NCBI GenBank assembly: GCA_028819575.1
Contig: JAPPLB010000016.1
Coordinates: forward strand, 1,770 to 65,769
DNA length: 64,000 nucleotides
Direction: 5' to 3'
Source: Bryobacterales bacterium
GTDB lineage: Bacteria; Acidobacteriota; Terriglobia; Bryobacterales; UBA6623
Part shown: positions 59,162-64,000 of the stretch, one piece after another
How positions within the stretch are numbered: the stretch's first letter is position 1
How the letters are laid out: each line of letters begins with the position of its first letter
Program-made: the position numbers and the translations under genes
The notes under the pieces: model-generated
Database searches by the model: none
Told to the model about the DNA's origin: nothing
Seen by the model: the letters and a program-made list of their open reading frames with translations, nothing else

Positions 59162-60060
59162 GCCGTTGCCACGGCGCTCTCTGCGACTTGCTCGGCCATG
59201 TAGGAACTCCGCACCAGCGGTCCGCTGAAGACCGCCCGGAAGCCGATCGACTCGCCGTACTCGCGATAGGTTTCAAACACTTCCGGTCGAACAAACTCCT
59301 CGACCGGGAGACGCCGCCGCGCGGGCTGAAGGTATTGGCCGATCGTGACGACATCGGTGTCCGCCGCGCGCAGATCGTCAAGCAAACGGCGAACCTCGGC
59401 CTCGGTTTCACCCAGTCCGACCATCAAGCCCGACTTCGTCATCACCTGCGGCCGGCAGCGTTTTGCGAACGCCAGCACTTGCAGCGAGCGCTCATAGATC
59501 GCCTGCGGGCGCACCCGGCGGTAGAGCCTCGATACGGTTTCCATATTGTGGTTGAAGACATCCGGACCGGCGTCGAGAACCCGCGTCACGGCGTCCGTGT
59601 CGCCGAGGAAGTCGGGAGTCAGCACTTCAACCCGCGCTTCCGGCAGGAGCTTTTGCACGGCCCTCACGGTCTGCGCGAAGTGATCGCTGCCGCCATCGGG
59701 AAGCTCATCGCGGTTGACGCTCGTGACCACGACGTGGCGCAGTCCCATGCGATGAGCCATTTCGGCAACGAGCCACGGTTCATCCGGATCGAGAGCCTCA
59801 GGCGTTCCCTGGGGGACCGCGCAGAAACCGCACCGCCGCGAGCAGACGTTCCCCAGGATCATGAAGGTGGCGACCTTGCGGCTGAAGCACTCGTGAATGT
59901 TGGGGCAGCGCGCCGACTCGCAGACCGTGTGCAGGTTGCGCTCGCGGAACTCGATCTTGAGGTCGTGAAGAGCCCGATAGTGCGTCGTGCCGCTGCGCAC
60001 CCACTCCGGCAGGCGCGGGCGGGGCGTTCGTTGCGGCGAAGCGATTTGAATCAGGTCCAC
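59158..60060 (-). CDS. lipA: Lipoyl synthase
   Basis: CESARCPNIHECF and ATFMILGNVCSRRCGFC (radical SAM CxxxCxxC). The GTG at 60060 is proposed because the longer track ORF would overlap the upstream SPOR gene. Confidence 0.85.
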   Translation of the reverse strand: MDLIQIASPQRTPRPRLPEWVRSGTTHYRALHDLKIEFRERNLHTVCESARCPNIHECFSRKVATFMILGNVCSRRCGFCAVPQGTPEALDPDEPWLVAEMAHRMGLRHVVVTSVNRDELPDGGSDHFAQTVRAVQKLLPEARVEVLTPDFLGDTDAVTRVLDAGPDVFNHNMETVSRLYRRVRPQAIYERSLQVLAFAKRCRPQVMTKSGLMVGLGETEAEVRRLLDDLRAADTDVVTIGQYLQPARRRLPVEEFVRPEVFETYREYGESIGFRAVFSGPLVRSSYMAEQVAESAVATA

Positions 60061-60115
60061 GGGAATAACAGGAGCGGGCAGCGACTCCTTATTCTCCCAT
60101 GGCAGGAACTCCGCC

Positions 60116-60703
60116 TCAGGGACGCCGCAGAATGGTCTGCAACCCGTCGGCGCGCATTCTGTTCTGGGCGTCCTTGGCCTCGTTGACGCTCGCGAACGGG
60201 CCGACCACGACACGGTGCCAGCCATCCCCGCCCTTGTCATAGAGCGCGACGGGGTATTGCTTGTCTTTCAGCTTGCTGACCAGCAACTGGGCATCGGACC
60301 GTACCCGCAACGCCGCCACTTGAACATGAATGCCCCGAGCGATCTGAGCGCCCGTCGCTGCCGCAGGCGCGGCGGGGGCCGCGGCCTTCTCAGGCGGAGG
60401 GGCGGGCTTCGCCGCGGGCTCAGGCGGTTCCGACTTCACGGGCGCCGGCGGCGGCGATAGAACTTCTCGCGGCTTGGGCGCATCTTCGAGCAACGTGTCC
60501 GGGATGCGAACATCGGCCATTTCCGGTTCGGGCGCCGGGATGCTCGTGGCCGCGATCACTCGATCCTGCTGCCCGCGGCTGAAGCCGACCGTGTAGCCGA
60601 ACGAGAAAAAGACCGCAAACAGAACTACCACTACGAAGAACAAGCTCAGCAACTGCTTGTTCCCGAGAACCAGTTCAAACTCTTCGTCTTCACGGGAGGG
60701 CAT
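60116..60703 (-). CDS. SPOR domain-containing membrane protein
   Basis: N-terminal TM helix (LLSLFFVVVVLFAVFFSF), a Pro/Ala-rich linker and a C-terminal SPOR-like block IHVQVAALRVRSDAQLLVSKLKDKQYPVAL...WHRVVVGPFASVNEAKDAQ. Confidence 0.8.
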   Translation of the reverse strand: MPSREDEEFELVLGNKQLLSLFFVVVVLFAVFFSFGYTVGFSRGQQDRVIAATSIPAPEPEMADVRIPDTLLEDAPKPREVLSPPPAPVKSEPPEPAAKPAPPPEKAAAPAAPAAATGAQIARGIHVQVAALRVRSDAQLLVSKLKDKQYPVALYDKGGDGWHRVVVGPFASVNEAKDAQNRMRADGLQTILRRP

Positions 60704-60798
60704 ATGAACCCATTGTACCTAAAAACAATGGGATCCAAAGATGTTTTGAAATCGGCCTATGCCGACGTGCTCTGCGGCGGCCCCCCGCCATCTCCATC

Positions 60799-61572
60799 CT
60801 ACTTTGCGTCGTCTATCTGCTCGGCCCACTTCGCCAAGCCGCGGAACAGATCGATGGGCAACGGGAACACGACCGTAGTGTTTTTCTCCGTGCCGATTTC
60901 CGTCAGGGTCTGCAGGTAGCGCAGCGTCACCGACGTCGGCTGGCTCGACAGGGCGCGGGCGGCTTCGGTAAGTTTCGACGCCGCCTGCATCTCACCATCC
61001 GCGTGGATGACTTTCGCGCGCCGCTCGCGCTCGGCTTCGGCTTGCCGCGCGATGGCCCGGATCATCTGCTCGGGCAGATCGACATTCTTGACTTCGACGG
61101 CCTGGACCTTGATTCCCCAAGGCCCGGTGTGCTCGTCCAACGTGGCCTGGATCTGCGCATTCAACTTCTCTCGTTCGCTCAACAACTCGTCGAGGTCCGC
61201 TTCACCGAGCACGGAACGCAACCGCGTCTGAGCAAGCTGGGAGGTCGCGTGCACATAGTGCGACACTTCGACAATCGACTTCGCCGGGTCGATTACGCGG
61301 AAGAAGATCACCGCGCTGACTTTCACCGTGACGTTGTCGCGAGTAACGACGTCTTGGGGAGGAACGTCCAGCGTCTCCACCCGCAATGACACTCGGACAA
61401 TGCGATCGATCGGCGCGAAGACCAACACCAACCCCGGCCCCTTCGGCCGCGGCAACAAACGGCCCAGGCGAAAGATCACGCCTCGTTCATATTCGGGCAG
61501 GATCTTGATGCAGTTGATCAAGTACAGAACCACGATGAAGATGAAGACATAGCTCAAGTTGAAACCAAACAT
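60799..61572 (-). CDS. SPFH/band 7 (stomatin-like, slipin) protein
   Basis: [15 protein letters not shown]..., ...[18 protein letters not shown] and an EAERE coiled region. The ATG at 61572 with GGAGGAG 10 nt upstream is preferred over the GTG at 61599. Confidence 0.85.
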   Translation of the reverse strand: MFGFNLSYVFIFIVVLYLINCIKILPEYERGVIFRLGRLLPRPKGPGLVLVFAPIDRIVRVSLRVETLDVPPQDVVTRDNVTVKVSAVIFFRVIDPAKSIVEVSHYVHATSQLAQTRLRSVLGEADLDELLSEREKLNAQIQATLDEHTGPWGIKVQAVEVKNVDLPEQMIRAIARQAEAERERRAKVIHADGEMQAASKLTEAARALSSQPTSVTLRYLQTLTEIGTEKNTTVVFPLPIDLFRGLAKWAEQIDDAK

Positions 61573-61635
61573 AACGTTTCTTCTCCTCCGCCGCGTCACG
61601 AGCGGCGATCCACGAAACTCTTCGCTGCTCCCGGG

Positions 61636-62961
61636 TCAAGGGGCCGGCGACCCGGCTGCCGGCGCTTCGTCCGATGGCGGCTTCACCCTGAGCTTGAGGT
61701 CATCCACTCCGACCACCTGCACGGGTGCGCCCGATCGTATCGGCGAGTCCGACGACGCATTCCACCACTCGCCGTGAACGAAAACGCGGCCCTTCGCGTG
61801 CACGTCCGTCTTCGCGACACCGACCTCTCCGATCATGCCCCGCCGTCCGGTCACGACCTTGACCCGGAAGGATCGGACCGCAAGCTGCAGCAGAAAAACC
61901 GTAATCGCCGCCAACGGCAGCGTCACGCCAATGGCGGTACCCCAGTTGATCGAGAGTTCCGGCATGTCGGTGTCGATCAGCATTACCGCGCCCAGCACCA
62001 TCGCAATCACCCCGCCGGCCGCAAGAATCCCGTTCGTCGTCGTCGTGGCTTCCAGTATAAAGAAGACCAGTCCCAGGACGACCAGGGCCGCCGCCGCCCA
62101 ATTGATGGGGAGCACCGTCAACGCCATCGCACCCAAGATCATCAGGATCGCGCCGCCAACGCCCGGCACGATCAGACCCGGGTTTGAAAACTCGACGTAC
62201 ACTCCGACCAACCCCAGCACAAACAAGATGAAGGCCAGGTTCGGGTCGATCAATGCCAGCAGGATGGATTGGCGGTACGACAACTCGAAAGGCACGACAC
62301 CGGCATCCGCCAGGGAAAGCGTCATCTCGCTGCCGTCGAACCGTTTGATCGTCTTGCCATCCAGCTTTGAGAGCAAGTCCTTTATGTCAGGCGCGATGTA
62401 TTCGATGAGCTTCTCATCCAGCGCCTCACTCTCGGTGAACGACTTGCTTTCGAGAACGGCTTTCTCCGCCACCTCCGGGTTTCGTCCCCGCTTGCTTGTG
62501 ACCGAACGAACCGAGGCGGCGGTGTCGTTGCTGACCTTCGCCTTCATCACCTCGTCCATTTCACCGCCCATCAGGACGGGGTGCGCCGCGCCGGTGTTCG
62601 TTCCCGGTGCCATCGCGGCCACGTCGGCCGACACCAGGATCATGAAGCCGGCCGAAGCCGCTCGTCCTCCGCTGGGCCCAACGTAGGCGATGATCGGGAC
62701 ATCCGAGGCGACTATCGTCTGGATGACATCCTTGGCGGCGGACAGCAAACCGCCGGGGGTATTCAGCCGCAACAAGACGGCCGCAGCCCCTTCCTCGTCA
62801 GCCTGCCGGATCGCCTCTTGAACGAGCTCGACCGTCAGGGGATGGATCACGTGCTCGACGTCAACCTGGATGACTTGGGCGCTGCGGGCCTGCGAAGGAA
62901 TGATACCCAGGCCGGGCAACAGGACAACGGCGCCGAGCCAGCCTAAGTATCGTGATTTCAT
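61636..62961 (-). CDS. NfeD family membrane-bound ClpP-class serine protease
   Basis: N-terminal ClpP-like region (LLRLNTPGGLL, AASAGFMIL), a central multi-TM block and a C-terminal OB-like NfeD domain (GRVFVHGEWWNA). It lies directly upstream of the SPFH gene. Confidence 0.85.
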   Translation of the reverse strand: MKSRYLGWLGAVVLLPGLGIIPSQARSAQVIQVDVEHVIHPLTVELVQEAIRQADEEGAAAVLLRLNTPGGLLSAAKDVIQTIVASDVPIIAYVGPSGGRAASAGFMILVSADVAAMAPGTNTGAAHPVLMGGEMDEVMKAKVSNDTAASVRSVTSKRGRNPEVAEKAVLESKSFTESEALDEKLIEYIAPDIKDLLSKLDGKTIKRFDGSEMTLSLADAGVVPFELSYRQSILLALIDPNLAFILFVLGLVGVYVEFSNPGLIVPGVGGAILMILGAMALTVLPINWAAAALVVLGLVFFILEATTTTNGILAAGGVIAMVLGAVMLIDTDMPELSINWGTAIGVTLPLAAITVFLLQLAVRSFRVKVVTGRRGMIGEVGVAKTDVHAKGRVFVHGEWWNASSDSPIRSGAPVQVVGVDDLKLRVKPPSDEAPAAGSPAP

Positions 62962-63013
62962 GGGTTTCTATCGATATTGTAGTATACGCTCCCGATCAAG
63001 ACCAAAGCTCCTG

Positions 63014-63215
63014 GCCTGCATTTCTCACCACCCGACGGTCGAAGCACACGATAAAAAGGCCGTGATTCGTGTTTCGTGACTCGTGATTCGTGAAAAACCT
63101 TAAAAACCATGTTGCTTGCGCCAAGCGGCTCGCGCCTTTTTCCTCCGCCCGGCTTGCGCCTAGTCCTGACGGCCCTCTCACCCACTTCGCCTCGCCACGT
63201 GGTGAGAAATGCAGG
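63014..63215 (+). repeat. 202-bp copy of the palindromic MITE-like element
   Basis: Terminal inverted repeats are GCCTGCATTTCTCACCAC ... GTGGTGAGAAATGCAGG. The heptamer tract lies at 63061-63093. The copy ends 3 nt before the ATG at 63219. Confidence 0.9.
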
Positions 63216-63218
63216 ATA

Positions 63219-63860
63219 ATGGCACCCATGGCCTGCCCCATCTGTGAGAAGCGCAGGCCCAAGCGCTTCTGCCCCGCCAAGAACCAACAAATCTGCCAAC
63301 GCTGCTGCGGCGAGCAGCGAGAGGTGACGATCGCCTGTCCCTTCGATTGCCGCTACCTGCAGCAGAGCCGCGAATGGGATTACAGCGGAGGTCTCGATCC
63401 CAAGGACTTTCCCTACAAGGAAATCCGTATTGACGAGAGCTTCTTGAGAGACCACGCCGAGTTGGTCGAGACCTGTGGAAAAGCCCTGCTGGAAGCGTCA
63501 TTGTCGACGACCGGCACCGTAGACGCGGATAGCCGCGCCGCTCTCGACGGGCTGGTCCGCACGTACAAGACCCGCGAGAGCGGCCTCTATTACGATTCGC
63601 GCCCGGACTCCCTCTACGCCGCGAGAATCTTCGATGAACTCAACCAGAGGATCGAGCGCTTTCTGCGAGAGGAAGAGGAGCAGTCCGGCTTTGCGCGCAC
63701 TCGCGATTCAGATGTCTTGTCGACCTGTGTCTTCCTGCTTCGCATGGCGCTCGACCGCGATAACGGCCGTCCCAAAGGCAGAGCGTTTCTCGACTTTCTG
63801 CACCTCCACTTTCGTCCCTCCGAAGAGGCCCCATCGCCGTTTCTCATCGCCGGCCGCTGA
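63219..63860 (+). CDS. Cysteine-rich hypothetical protein
   Basis: N-terminus MAPMACPICEKRRPKRFCPAKNQQICQRCCGEQREVTIACPFDCRYL has 9 Cys in about 45 aa, then an acidic helical-looking remainder. The upstream part of track ORF 63090..63860 lies inside the repeat and was trimmed. Confidence 0.6.
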   Translation: MAPMACPICEKRRPKRFCPAKNQQICQRCCGEQREVTIACPFDCRYLQQSREWDYSGGLDPKDFPYKEIRIDESFLRDHAELVETCGKALLEASLSTTGTVDADSRAALDGLVRTYKTRESGLYYDSRPDSLYAARIFDELNQRIERFLREEEEQSGFARTRDSDVLSTCVFLLRMALDRDNGRPKGRAFLDFLHLHFRPSEEAPSPFLIAGR

Positions 63861-63951
63861 ACGCCGTTTCCCTGGCCGTCCGGCTGTCGACCTCCTCTTC
63901 TCTACCTCTTCATAGCGGGTGCCAGCAGCCCGTGTTAAAAGTCACGCGGGC

Positions 63952-63986
63952 GGCGTTACGCGCCCCGAAACTGATGGCGTAACGCC
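63952..63986 (+). other. 10-bp-stem hairpin GGCGTTACGC-n15-GCGTAACGCC
   Basis: Perfect inverted repeat read from the sequence, about 90 nt after the stop of 63219..63860. No T-tract follows, and the next repeat copy starts immediately after it. Confidence 0.3.
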
Positions 63987-63988
63987 TA

Positions 63989-64000
63989 GCCCGCATTTCT
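63989..64000 (+). repeat. Start of a further MITE-like element copy, truncated by the window end
   Basis: GCCCGCATTTCT matches the left terminal repeat GCCTGCATTTCT at 11 of 12 positions. Only 12 nt are visible. Confidence 0.4.

Noticed and set aside
60061-60240. 60-aa N-terminal extension of the lipA ORF (track 59158..60240)
   Set aside because: The extension overlaps the 3' end of the SPOR gene in another frame and is Arg/Pro-rich. LipA homologs do not need it, and an in-frame GTG at 60060 gives a normal-length protein.
63061-63093. Possible CRISPR array or other spaced-repeat locus, suggested by the CGTGATTCGTG repeats
   Set aside because: The units are contiguous 7-mers without spacers. 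The tract is about 35 bp and embedded in a dispersed element. No cas genes are present in the window.

Overview
GC-rich chromosomal segment with about 45 protein genes, one tRNA, and no rRNA, CRISPR array, transposase, integrase or recognisable defence genes. The gene content suggests an Acidobacteriota-like (possibly Planctomycetota-like) soil or sediment bacterium. The supporting signs are a PSCyt/DUF1549/DUF1553 + DUF1501 pair, TonB-dependent receptors with a carboxypeptidase-regulatory-like N-terminus, and many Tat/Sec-exported hydrolases. This taxonomic call is inference only.

Housekeeping genes are fumC, cvpA, purC, ttcA, acnA, queA, tRNA-Gln(UUG), prfB (with its programmed +1 frameshift), lnt and lipA. 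They are interspersed with an accessory-looking set of exported enzymes:
- two tandem Tat-signal SelA-like PLP enzymes
- a 1504-aa multi-repeat trypsin-fold protease
- a Tat-dependent periplasmic molybdo-flavo-FeS oxidoreductase operon, followed by three unknown small or secreted proteins and a di-haem cytochrome c peroxidase
- five tandem, co-directional, signal-peptide-bearing amidohydrolase paralogs
- further hydrolases (CocE/NonD, a second amidohydrolase family, a possible PHP/CehA-like protein)
- two divergent TonB-dependent receptor paralogs, one carrying an odd 127-aa C-terminal tail

The strongest non-genic signal is a dispersed MITE-like palindromic element of about 180-280 bp. It has 17-18 bp terminal inverted repeats and a variable heptamer tract. 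At least six copies lie in this window (two cut by the window edges), all intergenic; one sits next to tRNA-Gln and one abuts a start codon.

Many long antisense ORFs in the track are GC-driven artefacts. All product calls rest on motif recognition by eye; no database search was run.
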